A model generated the notes under the pieces. It saw only the letters and a program-made list of their open reading frames with translations, ran no database searches and was not told where the DNA came from. The position numbers were made by a program, and so were the translations under genes. Of a DNA stretch of 61,262 bases, positions 19,338 to 30,194 are shown in pieces. Position 1 is the stretch's first letter. Each line of letters starts with the position of its first letter. This stretch comes from Ignisphaera sp. (GTDB taxonomy: Archaea > Thermoproteota > Thermoprotei_A > Sulfolobales > Ignisphaeraceae): positions 1-61,262 of the forward strand of contig JAWBDT010000011.1 in NCBI GenBank assembly GCA_038821645.1, given 5' to 3'.

Positions 19338-20492
19338 TTACTTACTCCTTCTCTCTTTTTTTCTCTCTATGGCTATAACCTTTACCCCAACTCCTAATAG
19401 TTTCTTAAATACAGTGTCTAAGAACCTTACATAAGCTCCTTTTTGACCAACAGCAGCCCCGATAACATCTTCATATACATTTATCTGAAGATTAGGTCCA
19501 GCAAAATCTACTTCCTCTATATGTTTCCATATCCATGATGTAGGATGAAGAGATCGAACCATTTCTTTAAAATCTAGATTTAGTTCAGCACCTCTCAATT
19601 TTTTGCTTAGCTCTTTTTCAGCAACATTTATTCTTTCGCCACCTCTCCCCACAAGTCTTCCCATATGGCCTTGTTTAACTATTATAAGGGCGTCTGGAAC
19701 ATGTTCTTGAGTAATTTCATATGTTTTCTTAGGTTCAGATAAATCAACAACAGTAATGATATCCGCATCTGGTGCTTTAGCTTTAACTACATCATATATT
19801 CGTTTCTCCTCATCTGTTAATTTTCTAGATCTAAGTTTGTATTCCACAAGAAATCTGAGTCCACGTTTTGCACCTTCTCTAACTATATCCTTTATACCTA
19901 AATCTACAACATATGATTTTTCTTCACTTAGAAGAACCTCTCTAATAAGGGCTGATGGATCTTCTCCTACTTCTTTAAGTGCTTGAAAGACAGGGTCTCC
20001 AGCTACTATAAGTCTACTGTTTTTACCGACCCTGACTATAGCTTCGATAATGCTCTCGGGCTTCATAAGCTGGATATCATCTAGAAATACTATAGAGTTA
20101 TCAAATGAACGTCCCCTCAAATATCTGGGATCTGCTAACACAATCTTACCATCATTAATCAAAGCCTCTATTTTACTCCATTCGATAAATGAACCTAATA
20201 TATCTCTGATGTAGTTTTTCATAGCCTCTACAAAAGCCTGAGGCATTTTGGCTATTACTATCTCTTCGCCAGTTATAATATCAACAACAGGTCTGATGAT
20301 TATGAATCTAGTATACTTGTTATTTAATACACAGTGAACCCCGTAGGCTAAACTAAATAGTGATTTACCTGTTCCTGTAGGTCCAAAGAATCCCAGTACT
20401 TCGTAATTTTTATCATTTAAAGCATTGAACATCTCTTCCTGACCAGAGGTCAATGGTTTTACTACGCTCCATATATCTTCCATCACAATCAC
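19338..20492 (-). CDS. PhoH-family ATPase with C-terminal KH-like domains
   Basis: GPTGTGKS, RP, YLRGRSF, DDIQ, AGDP; GRLVGRGG and GAAVGQKG KH-type motifs. Confidence 0.88.
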   Translation of the reverse strand: MIVMEDIWSVVKPLTSGQEEMFNALNDKNYEVLGFFGPTGTGKSLFSLAYGVHCVLNNKYTRFIIIRPVVDIITGEEIVIAKMPQAFVEAMKNYIRDILGSFIEWSKIEALINDGKIVLADPRYLRGRSFDNSIVFLDDIQLMKPESIIEAIVRVGKNSRLIVAGDPVFQALKEVGEDPSALIREVLLSEEKSYVVDLGIKDIVREGAKRGLRFLVEYKLRSRKLTDEEKRIYDVVKAKAPDADIITVVDLSEPKKTYEITQEHVPDALIIVKQGHMGRLVGRGGERINVAEKELSKKLRGAELNLDFKEMVRSLHPTSWIWKHIEEVDFAGPNLQINVYEDVIGAAVGQKGAYVRFLDTVFKKLLGVGVKVIAIERKKERRSK

Positions 20493-20514
20493 CTAGTTAT
20501 GTATTACATCTTTA

Positions 20515-21141
20515 CTATATGTCAGTTTCTTTGATCACCTTAAATAGTTTTTCTAATCTTTTCTTACCTTCAATAAGTACTTCGTTAGCTATTTTTACGA
20601 TTTTAGCAAGATCGCTAACAAGCAGTTCGCTTCCTTCTTTAAGCAAAAACGAAGTCCATGTACCACTAACAGTCTCTATCACTATTCCTGACTCTCCTAG
20701 GGAAATTATACCACTGTGCTTGAATCCTGCTCCATGCACAATCTTTAAAAGTAGCGAAGCTGACTCCAGATCTAATGCTATGAAATGTAGTATTGGTCCA
20801 CTAGCTACTAGCCAAAATCTATACTTAGGGATATGACTATAAATGATTCTTTCTATATCATCAACTGTAACTGGTTCATGTTTTTTGTATAACACATAAG
20901 ATTCTTCTCTAAGCCAAGGATAAGAAGCATCAATTACAGTTATTCTACCGCTACACGAACTAGTTGTATATATTTTCTTCTTTGTAAAAACAAGTTTAAT
21001 AAAGTCTATTATATCGCGATCCGCATATCCTATCTCTATATCCTCTAAGAACCTTCTATAAACTTCATTCTTTCGCTTAATCCATTCGTTAAAGGAAGTA
21101 CTACGAGAAACTTCCTTCGACATCAAGGTTGTTTCATCCAT
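20515..21141 (-). CDS. taw3: tRNA(Phe) wyosine methyltransferase Taw3/TYW3
   Basis: YTTSSCSGRI, PILH, AGFKHSG. Confidence 0.92.
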   Translation of the reverse strand: MDETTLMSKEVSRSTSFNEWIKRKNEVYRRFLEDIEIGYADRDIIDFIKLVFTKKKIYTTSSCSGRITVIDASYPWLREESYVLYKKHEPVTVDDIERIIYSHIPKYRFWLVASGPILHFIALDLESASLLLKIVHGAGFKHSGIISLGESGIVIETVSGTWTSFLLKEGSELLVSDLAKIVKIANEVLIEGKKRLEKLFKVIKETDI

Positions 21142-23080
21142 GAGTTAAAAGTTTATCTAGCTCTTCTTTAACAATTGATGCAACAGTTTTACCATCTACA
21201 CGTCCTCTAAGTTCGTTCATAACCTTTCCCATGACGTACTGAAATGCCTTTGTCCCTTTGTTTTTAACTTCTTCAAGATTCTCATATATCTTAGCCCTAA
21301 CTATGTTTCTAATATCATCTTCAGTAATACGTAAAGAATATACAAAATTACTGAGAGTTTCTAAATCTATATTAGGTTCTTTGACAATCTTAATTATGAG
21401 TTGTTTTATTGTGTCCTTATCTTTGATATTATGTAATTCTATAACTTTCATAAATATGTGAAACTTTGAATCACTTATTTTTTGTACGTCAATACCTTCT
21501 TTTCTTAATTCACCAACTAGTGTTGTAAATATTGTAGCTACAAGTCTTGGTTCAATACGATAGTGCTTGACGATCTCTTCAAATAGGTTCAAATAATCAC
21601 TATGAAGTAACTGGTTAGCTAGCTCCATGCTAAGACCGTACATATCTACCATTTGCTTTAATTTAACATCGATTGGTGGTGGGATTAGTTTTTCAGCTTC
21701 TTTAAGTATAGATTCATCGATACGTATAGGAGGAACATCTGTTTCAGGATACATTCTAGCGGAACCAGGCTGAGGTCTAAGGTATCTAGTGGTGCCGTCT
21801 TCATTTGCTCCACGGGTCTCTCTAGGAATACCGTGAAGTGCTTGATAAGCTCTATCTCTAACGACTTCAAGTGCTTTTATAGCCCTACTAGGTTCATCAA
21901 TTACTAAAACGAATGCATCATATTCGTGAGCCTCTAGTAGCTTGAATATCTTGTTTACAACATCTTCATTTATTCCATATCCAGGTAGCTCATCACTATG
22001 TATTATACCTTTTACTCCAGCCCACTGTCTAGCATAATCAGCAAGCTCCGTTCCAAATCTTCTACCTGTTTGCAGCTCTACACCTAGAAGTCCACCAAAA
22101 TATGGAAGCTTAATGACATACGCCTTGTAACCTTTCTTCAATCCTTCTTGTACAAGTTTACTATTACACATCTTCAAATGTTCTGTTATATCGATAGGTT
22201 CTTGAGATAAAATCTCTTCACCTTTAGCACCTCTTTTACCGAGTTCTTCCTTTATCATAAGTAGACCTACAAGCCTCTTCACCTCTTCCTGTATAACCTT
22301 TGGTATAAGCTCAAGTTTCTGTACACCTTTGATCTCTATCTTTGGAGATCCTTTTATCGAGAGATTCAGATCCTGTCGTATAGTGCCTATACCTCTTTTA
22401 ACCTTACCCGAAAGTCTGAGTAGAAGACCTATTTTTTCAGCTACTCGCTTAGCTTGTTGAGGAGACTTTATATCAGGTGCTGTTGATATCTCAATTAAAG
22501 GTATACCTAGTCTATCAAGAGCATAACTAACAGAAGAAGAATCTTCAGATACCTTTCTTGCTGCATCCTCTTCTAGAGCTATAGTCTGGATACGAACTAG
22601 ACCCTCTTCATCCTCTATATAACCACCAAGAGCTATAATAGCTGTTCTTTGAAAACCTGTAGTATTTGAACCATCAACAACTATTTTCCTCATGACATGT
22701 ATTTCATCAACAACCATGGAGTTAAGAGACTTGGCTATAGCTATTGCTATAAACAATGCTTCTCTATTTAATGGATGAGGAGGTTCTTCATCCAGTTCCA
22801 CAAGACATGAGGTATATGTAGGAGCCAAGTAAATGTATCTCCGTTTCCGCTGAGTCTCAAAAGCTGCTGCAACATCTATTTCACCTAACTCACTTCTTGT
22901 GGCTCTGAGATGTCTAACTATCTGGTTAGACATATTTAATTCATTTTCATCAGCTAACGAAGTACTACAGTTACAGAAGAGTTTTGAGTTTGTATCTAGT
23001 TGTTGATGTATCTCTAATCCTACCCTAAGTTCAACACTACTATAATCTATATCATTAGGTACCTTAATACTTGATCTCAA
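21134..23080 (-). CDS. gatE: Glu-tRNA(Gln) amidotransferase subunit E
   Basis: GLEIHQQL..KLFC, MRKIVVDGSNTTGFQRT, RMYPETD, AspRS-like insertion. Confidence 0.97.
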   Translation of the reverse strand: MRSSIKVPNDIDYSSVELRVGLEIHQQLDTNSKLFCNCSTSLADENELNMSNQIVRHLRATRSELGEIDVAAAFETQRKRRYIYLAPTYTSCLVELDEEPPHPLNREALFIAIAIAKSLNSMVVDEIHVMRKIVVDGSNTTGFQRTAIIALGGYIEDEEGLVRIQTIALEEDAARKVSEDSSSVSYALDRLGIPLIEISTAPDIKSPQQAKRVAEKIGLLLRLSGKVKRGIGTIRQDLNLSIKGSPKIEIKGVQKLELIPKVIQEEVKRLVGLLMIKEELGKRGAKGEEILSQEPIDITEHLKMCNSKLVQEGLKKGYKAYVIKLPYFGGLLGVELQTGRRFGTELADYARQWAGVKGIIHSDELPGYGINEDVVNKIFKLLEAHEYDAFVLVIDEPSRAIKALEVVRDRAYQALHGIPRETRGANEDGTTRYLRPQPGSARMYPETDVPPIRIDESILKEAEKLIPPPIDVKLKQMVDMYGLSMELANQLLHSDYLNLFEEIVKHYRIEPRLVATIFTTLVGELRKEGIDVQKISDSKFHIFMKVIELHNIKDKDTIKQLIIKIVKEPNIDLETLSNFVYSLRITEDDIRNIVRAKIYENLEEVKNKGTKAFQYVMGKVMNELRGRVDGKTVASIVKEELDKLLTHG

Positions 23081-23264
23081 AGTCTAATCGCCATCCAGTA
23101 GCTTTAACCCTATATCCTAGCCAATAATCTTCTAGATTAGTAACACGGCGTTAACGTAATTTAAAGCTTAAAGACTGTTGCTTAAGAAAAACCGTGGTTT
23201 ACGATTCATTCAATACTCTATATGGTCCATATATATATCATTTGTATAGATCAGAAAATATATG

Positions 23265-23462
23265 TTAACTGGATTTCTTTCTGGGAACAGACGATGGCGG
23301 AACAACTGTTGGTACAGGTAGACCTTGGAGCTTCCGCTGCCTAATCCAATACTCACGTCTGTTTCTAATTCTAGGTACAAGGTTTCTCTTAGGTTTTGCA
23401 GGTATCTTTGGTGTTTGGCTTCTTACTTTGCCAGCCTTAGTTAGTGAACCATGGGAAGGCAT
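23265..23462 (-). CDS. rps30e: 30S ribosomal protein S30e
   Basis: [16 protein letters not shown]. Confidence 0.97.
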   Translation of the reverse strand: MPSHGSLTKAGKVRSQTPKIPAKPKRNLVPRIRNRREYWIRQRKLQGLPVPTVVPPSSVPRKKSS

Positions 23463-23696
23463 ATCTAGTCGTCCCTCACTAAGTATAGCTGAGTTCTGTT
23501 ACGCCTTTTTAAGCTTAATCACTTAATTATATCTTCATCTACATCAGTTTCCTACATACCACAACATCGATACGAATAGTTAAAGTATATAGATATTTTC
23601 AACAATGAATCTCAATTATATCAGTAGATCTATCAACTATTGCAAAGTATAGTTTATATATTTCCTATTGCATTGTACTAACAGGTCTGGTGATAC

Positions 23697-24911
23697 ATGA
23701 TGACTAAAAAGCTATACCTAGCTGACACCTGTATAGGAATATTTGCTGTAGATGAAACCGGTAATATTGTGGAGAAGATATTGTATCCAAAAGATATAGG
23801 TAAGGTAGTTGAGGAACTTCTAGCGATTTCTGAAGGCAAAATGAGCAACACGCTTTCACAACTTATAGAAAATATTAAATCTAAGAAAGATTTAGGCGAT
23901 ATTACATTAATTGTTGAAGATCCAGATATAGCTAGAGAAATTATACAGAAGGGATTAAAATGTGATGTAGCTATAGCGTCAGAAGCTATAATCAACATAC
24001 GGAAAAACATATCTAAGCTCTCTGTAGAGCTAGGTCTGTTTCCAGATGATAAAGCATTCAAGGAGTATCTACATGAGGTTTCACTTGAATTAACTAGAAG
24101 AAAACTTAGACGATACGCACAGAAAAGAGACCTTCTAGCTGTACAAGCAATAAGAGCTATAGATGATATAGATAAGACTCTAAACCTTTTTGCAGTTAGG
24201 TTAAGAGAATGGTATAGTGTTCATTTCCCAGAACTTGACGATATATCGAGAGAACATGAAGAATACGTAAAGATAGCTGCTGAAATAGGTTTTAGAGAGC
24301 AAATGGATGTAAGTAAACTAGTGAAGCTCGGCATCTCTGAAGGAAAAGCTAAAAGAATTGTTGAAGCTGCACAAAAAAGTATAGGTGCAGAGCTTTCAGA
24401 AATTGATATGAATATAATTAAGGTCTTTGCAAACATATGGTTAGAGTTATACGAACTGCGTGAAAGATTAACTGAATACATAAGTCAGGTAATGAAGGAA
24501 GTAGCACCAAATGTAACAGCTCTTGTAGGACCATTACTAGGCGCAAGATTGTTAAGTCTTGCTGGAAGTCTTGAAGAGTTAGCGAGACTACCGGCAAGTA
24601 CTGTACAAGTTCTTGGAGCTGAAAAAGCTCTGTTTAGAGCTCTTAGAACTGGAGGTAAGCCGCCAAAACATGGAGTAATATTCCAATATCCTGAAATTAG
24701 AAAAGCACCCAAATGGCAAAGAGGTAAGATATCTAGAGCTCTTGCAACAAAACTTTCGATAGCTGCTAGAATAGACTTCTTTACCGGTAGATATATTGGA
24801 GATGAACTCAAGACTAAACTATATGAAAGAATTGATGAAATAAAACAACTATATCCAAAACCACCTAAGAAAGAGAGTAAACCTCCTACAGAAAGAAGGA
24901 AAAGAAGGTAA
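23697..24911 (+). CDS. nop5: Box C/D RNP subunit Nop5 (Nop56/58)
   Basis: LREWYSVHFPEL, APNV, PASTVQVLGAEKALF, PKHG. Confidence 0.97.
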   Translation: MMTKKLYLADTCIGIFAVDETGNIVEKILYPKDIGKVVEELLAISEGKMSNTLSQLIENIKSKKDLGDITLIVEDPDIAREIIQKGLKCDVAIASEAIINIRKNISKLSVELGLFPDDKAFKEYLHEVSLELTRRKLRRYAQKRDLLAVQAIRAIDDIDKTLNLFAVRLREWYSVHFPELDDISREHEEYVKIAAEIGFREQMDVSKLVKLGISEGKAKRIVEAAQKSIGAELSEIDMNIIKVFANIWLELYELRERLTEYISQVMKEVAPNVTALVGPLLGARLLSLAGSLEELARLPASTVQVLGAEKALFRALRTGGKPPKHGVIFQYPEIRKAPKWQRGKISRALATKLSIAARIDFFTGRYIGDELKTKLYERIDEIKQLYPKPPKKESKPPTERRKRR

Positions 24912-24962
24912 TTAAATAAGCTTATTAATTGTTATAAGATACAGCAAGTAGGGTATTCATAT

Positions 24963-25670
24963 ATGTCTGAAGTTGTGAATCTATATGAGCATGAAAAATT
25001 CAAAGATGTTTATATAGTTGAACTTGACGATGGGACTAGCAAACTTGCAACAAAGAATCTAGTACCAGGTAAACGTGTTTACGGTGAACATATCTATAGA
25101 TGGAGAGATGAGGAATATAGGGAATGGAACACCTATAGAAGTAAACTTGCTGCAGCAATAGTTAAGGGGCTTAAGGAAATGCCTATAAGAAAAGGTCAAA
25201 AAATATTGTATCTAGGTGCAGGTTCAGGTACAACCCCTAGCCACGTTTCGGATATTGTTGGCTATGAAGGAACAATTTATGCAGTAGAATTTGCTCCAAG
25301 AGTTATGAGGGAGCTTATAGTTGTTGCTGAAGATAGGAAAAACATTATACCAATTTTAGAGGATGCACGAATGCCTAGGAGATATAGACACCTAATTGAG
25401 GGTGTTGATGGACTCTATGCTGATGTAGCACAACCAGAACAAGCTTCAATAGTTGCAGATAATGCTGATATATTTCTGATTGATGGTGGTTGGTTGTTGT
25501 TAGCAATTAAGGCTCGAAGTATTGATGTTACAGCTGAACCAAGTGAAATTTATAGAAAAGAAATAGAAACGTTAAGGAATAGAGGATTTGAGATAGTGGA
25601 TGTGGTACATCTAGAGCCTTTCGATAAAGATCATGCAATGGTTTATGCAATATACCATAGAAGGAAATGA
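24963..25670 (+). CDS. flpA: Fibrillarin rRNA/tRNA 2'-O-methyltransferase
   Basis: [30 protein letters not shown]. Confidence 0.97.
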   Translation: MSEVVNLYEHEKFKDVYIVELDDGTSKLATKNLVPGKRVYGEHIYRWRDEEYREWNTYRSKLAAAIVKGLKEMPIRKGQKILYLGAGSGTTPSHVSDIVGYEGTIYAVEFAPRVMRELIVVAEDRKNIIPILEDARMPRRYRHLIEGVDGLYADVAQPEQASIVADNADIFLIDGGWLLLAIKARSIDVTAEPSEIYRKEIETLRNRGFEIVDVVHLEPFDKDHAMVYAIYHRRK

Positions 25671-25781
25671 TAGTTTTATTTGTCCTGATATAGTTAAAGA
25701 TTTATTTTGCTCTTTAATTAATTTAACTAGGTAAGGGTTGTAAACTCAATACATGACATTTAATCAAATATTTAGTGATAC

Positions 25782-26774
25782 ATGATGTTAGAGGAAAGTC
25801 GTGTAGTAGAGAATATTGAGGAATCTCTACAGTTATTCAATGCTCAAATACTTCATAAATTAGGCTTTCCTCTATCAGAGAAAAGAACACTAGACTGTAT
25901 AATCAAGAAAGATAATGATATAGTGTTCATGAAGATATCGAAAAAAACTTGTACAAAGCATTTTGTTTTTAAGGAACTTAAGAAACTAACAGAATTTCTA
26001 AAGATTAATGCCATAGTAATAGCAGATAGAATTAATGATCGAGAAGTTGAAGAAGGTGTACTACATATAAGGGATAGAATAGGTATTGTTCAGCCTAAGA
26101 CTGTTAAAGACTTTGTTAAAGGTGACAAAGTATATATCTATGAGTTCAAAGGTATGTACTATGTCAAGATAGATGGAAAGAAGCTTAGAGAGTTAAGGAT
26201 AAGGAAAGGTTATGGACTACATGAACTAGCTAATGCTGTAGGTGTATCTGTTAAAGCTCTTCAGAAGTATGAGGAGGGAGCAATAGACATGAGTATTGAG
26301 AAGGCATACAGATTTATTGAGATATTTAATAACGAATTTGAGCAAGTTCTAAAAGAAGTTGATATATTTAGGGATAGAATTGTGGAAAACATTGATAAAA
26401 GACGTGAAGTTATGAACGAGATTCGTGGTAATTTAGAGAAGATCGTTTTAGTTGATAAACTTGTTAAACAAGGTGTCGAGGCAGAATTTTTTGAATACAT
26501 TCCTTCAGATGTGATATTGAGTATCGGTAAGAAAAAGATATTTATCTCAATAATAGATAGTAGTATGGATGATACAACAGCTTTATCGAAGTCATATGAG
26601 AATAAACATGTATCCCAAGTATTAAATGGTGTAGCTGTAAATATTGTTAAAGATGGTGTACCAGGGAGTATTATTAGAGAGGTAGAGGGTTACGGTATTG
26701 TCTATAGATATAACGATATTATAAACAATATAAAGAATTTCAGAAAAGAGATAGAAGGTGAGAAAACGTTATAA
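25782..26774 (+). CDS. Archaeal Cro/C1-type HTH transcriptional regulator (COG1395-like)
   Basis: YYVKIDGKKLRELR..GLHELANAVGVSVKALQKYEEG; typical position after fibrillarin. Confidence 0.82.
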   Translation: MMLEESRVVENIEESLQLFNAQILHKLGFPLSEKRTLDCIIKKDNDIVFMKISKKTCTKHFVFKELKKLTEFLKINAIVIADRINDREVEEGVLHIRDRIGIVQPKTVKDFVKGDKVYIYEFKGMYYVKIDGKKLRELRIRKGYGLHELANAVGVSVKALQKYEEGAIDMSIEKAYRFIEIFNNEFEQVLKEVDIFRDRIVENIDKRREVMNEIRGNLEKIVLVDKLVKQGVEAEFFEYIPSDVILSIGKKKIFISIIDSSMDDTTALSKSYENKHVSQVLNGVAVNIVKDGVPGSIIREVEGYGIVYRYNDIINNIKNFRKEIEGEKTL

Positions 26775-27322
26775 TTGTCATAACCGGAAGACCTGGGGTA
26801 GGTAAGAGCACAGTATTTAATTCTGTTATTAAAGGTCTGAAGGAACATGGATATAGTGTTTATGGTTTTTATTGTCCAGAGGTTCGTGAAAAAGGTGTAA
26901 GAATAGGATTCAGAATTATAGATATACATACAGGGGATTCAGGATGGTTAGCTCTATCTCTAGAGAAATCTGTAGCACTAGGCTATAGCTCATTAGGTAA
27001 AAGAATAGGGAGATACGTTGTTCTAGAGGATGATGTAATACGTATTGGTGTTAATGCTCTAAGGAAGTTCTATAATTCTAGTAACAAATCAATTCTAGGT
27101 ATAGATGAAATAGGTCCAATGGAGTTATCGGTAGACGAACTAAGAAAAGAAATAATCAAATCGTTGTCATTGGCTGAAAAAGCATTACTTGTTGTACATA
27201 GAAATCTGAATGATAGAGATATAGTTGAGATTCTTAATAAAAAGAACTCAAAGATGTACGTGGTAACAGAAGATAACAGAAATAAGATACATATGGAATT
27301 AATACAGAAACTGTTAACATAA
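26771..27322 (+). CDS. NTPase (THEP1/NTPCR family), inferred ATA start
   Basis: Manual translation: IIVITGRPGVGKST, GFYCPEVREKGVRIGF, IDEIGPMEL; in frame with track ORF 27119-27322. Confidence 0.88.
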   Translation: MIVITGRPGVGKSTVFNSVIKGLKEHGYSVYGFYCPEVREKGVRIGFRIIDIHTGDSGWLALSLEKSVALGYSSLGKRIGRYVVLEDDVIRIGVNALRKFYNSSNKSILGIDEIGPMELSVDELRKEIIKSLSLAEKALLVVHRNLNDRDIVEILNKKNSKMYVVTEDNRNKIHMELIQKLLT

Positions 27323-27366
27323 TGTTGATATAGCCTGGTAAACATCAATATAATGGTTTTTTAGAG

Positions 27367-28578
27367 ATGAACCCTTGTCCAGAAGGTTTTGATTTATTAT
27401 TTGAGGGATTGACACGTATTTGTGTACCAAGGCTAGAGCTGTACATGAGGAACGACAATGTATATGAACCTTCTTGGGCACCTGTATTCTATAATCCTCA
27501 TATGATTGAGAATAGAGATATAGCTATAGGTGTTGTGAGATACATCACCAGAAAACTAGGACTAGGAAGAGATATAGTAATTGTAGATCCACTGGCGGCT
27601 ACAGGTGTAAGAGGTATAAGGTTTTATCTCGAGGCTGATAGAATAAATAGTTTAAAGGTGTTTATGGGAGACATATCTGAATATGCTGTCAATGTAATGA
27701 AGATTAATGCAAGACTTAATCGTGTTGAAGAACTCATTAATATAGAGAGAATCGATGCAAATGAATATTTGTACAAATTGCAGAGAACTAAAACAAAGAT
27801 AGACTATGTTGATATAGATCCATTTGGTAGCCCTATACCATTTTTATTTTCATCTATATCTACGGTAAATAACGGAGGTATTGTAGCAATTACGGCAACA
27901 GATTTAGCTGTTCTGACAGGTAAATATGCTGGTAAGCTACATAGGAGATATGGAGTTATAGGTACCTCAGTACCGATTTCTAAGGATATAGCCATTAGAG
28001 CACTTCTATCATATATTGCTAGAATATCATATTCTCTTGATAGATACATCAAACCTGTTCTCTCCTATACATATAAACACTACATAAGGACATACATTGT
28101 GGTATATAATGGTGCTTCAAAAGCAGATCATCAGCTTAAAGAATGTCTAGGGAGTTTAAAAGTGTGTACTTATTGTGGATATAGACAAATAAATAAACTT
28201 GGCAACGACATCCATACAGATGGTACTAAATGTCCATTATGTAGAACTTCTTTAGTCACATGGAGCCCATTATGGATATGTAGCACAATAGATAAAAACA
28301 TTATTGATGATATCTTGAGGGATCTTAACGAAGTTGTATGGATCCAAAAATCATCTAAAAAACTATTACAAGAACTTCATAGTTATGCAGCTATAGACAC
28401 CATAACTGTGCGATTACCGCAAATAGCCAGATATTTACGTATTAATGTGCCCTCAAGAAATAGAGTGATAGAATGTTTAGAGAGATTAGGTTACAGAGCC
28501 GTAAAAAGCTATTCATATCCAGACGGTATAGTGACTAATGCTACTATCACAGATATAATTACATGTTGTAGAGCTTGA
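27367..28578 (+). CDS. trm1: tRNA (guanine-N2)-dimethyltransferase Trm1
   Basis: PVFYNP..NRD, AATGVRGIR, DIDPFGSP, TATD, CxxC..CxxC. Confidence 0.95.
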   Translation: MNPCPEGFDLLFEGLTRICVPRLELYMRNDNVYEPSWAPVFYNPHMIENRDIAIGVVRYITRKLGLGRDIVIVDPLAATGVRGIRFYLEADRINSLKVFMGDISEYAVNVMKINARLNRVEELINIERIDANEYLYKLQRTKTKIDYVDIDPFGSPIPFLFSSISTVNNGGIVAITATDLAVLTGKYAGKLHRRYGVIGTSVPISKDIAIRALLSYIARISYSLDRYIKPVLSYTYKHYIRTYIVVYNGASKADHQLKECLGSLKVCTYCGYRQINKLGNDIHTDGTKCPLCRTSLVTWSPLWICSTIDKNIIDDILRDLNEVVWIQKSSKKLLQELHSYAAIDTITVRLPQIARYLRINVPSRNRVIECLERLGYRAVKSYSYPDGIVTNATITDIITCCRA

Positions 28579-28580
28579 CA

Positions 28581-29039
28581 TTAAACCAGTCTATTTATTG
28601 GTTTATTTGTTATAATACCGGCTTTTTCCAATATAAATTGAGTTAGAATAGAACATCTTAAAGGATCATAGGGATGCCCTATGCTACATGAAAACAAATA
28701 TCTACATTTAATACAGGGAATTTCAAGAAAAGATGAATTATTTACAGAACTGTTGTTATGTGGTGATGTATCTTTATCAAGTGTTTTATTATTAGTGATG
28801 CTTAGGATATAAGTACGTTTACCGTTGTTTTCAACAACACTTCTTTTAATCATGTTTAGTTCTATTAGTTTCTTAATTATTTGTGTAATTCTTTTAGATT
28901 CAAGATCTTTTAGATCAGGATGAGACTTTAATGCTCTCTGAGAGATACCTCCTGATGCCATGGTTTCATTCATTATAACCCTATAGACTCTTTTTTCTTC
29001 ATAGGAAAGCTTATATTCATCATTCATGTTATTTCCCAA
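28581..29039 (-). CDS. TFE-beta / RPC34-like protein (wHTH + Fe-S cysteines)
   Basis: GISQRAL wHTH; C-terminal PCIKC..C..DPLRC. Confidence 0.78.
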   Translation of the reverse strand: MGNNMNDEYKLSYEEKRVYRVIMNETMASGGISQRALKSHPDLKDLESKRITQIIKKLIELNMIKRSVVENNGKRTYILSITNNKTLDKDTSPHNNSSVNNSSFLEIPCIKCRYLFSCSIGHPYDPLRCSILTQFILEKAGIITNKPINRLV

Positions 29040-29139
29040 CTAGCTACATTATTAGTTAGCGGTCTGAACCATATACATACACAGTTACAAGGTTAATAAA
29101 GTCTTTAACCGGTGATGTTAACACAGCTAATACAACTTT

Positions 29140-30006
29140 TTAGCGTCCATATCTTCTTTCTCTAGACTGGTAGGATCTTATAGCTCTGTATAGATCTATT
29201 TTTCTAAAATCTGGCCAGTATACATCACAAAAATATAGCTCGCTATAAGCTATTTGCCATAACAGGAAGTTACTAATTCTTAATTCACCCGAAGTTCTGA
29301 TTACCAGATCGGGTTCTGGTGATGGTAGATGGGATGTTGAAAGATAGTTTCTAAGAATGTCTTCGGTTAATCTATCTATATCTATTTTACTAAGCATAGC
29401 ATCTTTTGCAATGGCTTTAATTGCATCAAGTATTTCCTGTCTACCGCCATAACATATAGCTATGTTCAAAAACTTATTGTCATACATACTTGTAAGAGCC
29501 TCTAACTCTTTAGCTAAATCTACAACATCTTTTCTAACAATACTTAGTTTCCCAAATACCTTCAATCTAACTCTATATTTGTCAAGAACTCCTTGATCTT
29601 TTAATTCTATCAAACCTTTTTTTATTATATCAAATAAATTATTGAGTTCTTCTTTAGATCTATAGAGACAGTTTTCATGTGATAACGCATATATTGTCAC
29701 TATATCTACGCCTAAATCATAAATCCATTTAATAACCTCTTTCATTTTCTCATAGCCATAATAATGACCTTCAACAGGGTTTAGTCCTCTTTCTTTAGCC
29801 CAACGTCTATTTCCATCAGGTATTATTGCTATATGTTTTGGTACAGATTTTGATGTAATTTGCTTGAAAAGATATCTTTCGTATATTCTATACGTAATAT
29901 CAATGAATGGGTTTAGAAACATCCTTGTTTTTGGGCTTAACAAAATATCAATAAATTTATCAATTATATATGTGGTAACTTTTTTCTTCAAAGCAGTAAT
30001 CACCAT
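29140..30006 (-). CDS. uppS: cis-prenyltransferase (polyprenyl diphosphate synthase)
   Basis: HIAIIPDGNRRWA, YGGRQEI, IRTSGELRISNFLLWQ. Confidence 0.96.
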   Translation of the reverse strand: MVITALKKKVTTYIIDKFIDILLSPKTRMFLNPFIDITYRIYERYLFKQITSKSVPKHIAIIPDGNRRWAKERGLNPVEGHYYGYEKMKEVIKWIYDLGVDIVTIYALSHENCLYRSKEELNNLFDIIKKGLIELKDQGVLDKYRVRLKVFGKLSIVRKDVVDLAKELEALTSMYDNKFLNIAICYGGRQEILDAIKAIAKDAMLSKIDIDRLTEDILRNYLSTSHLPSPEPDLVIRTSGELRISNFLLWQIAYSELYFCDVYWPDFRKIDLYRAIRSYQSRERRYGR

Positions 30007-30194
30007 AAGTACTTAATGCATAGCATAACCATCAATATCAGCACTAGATTAGACTAGATTAGAGCAGATATAGGTGTATATTTTCTTTTTATGGATCAAG
30101 AGTCTAATAACTATTGTTAATGATTGTTAATGAAACAGTATATTTATGTTGCATCAGAATTGATGTAAAATTATATAACTTTATTCAGATCAGA

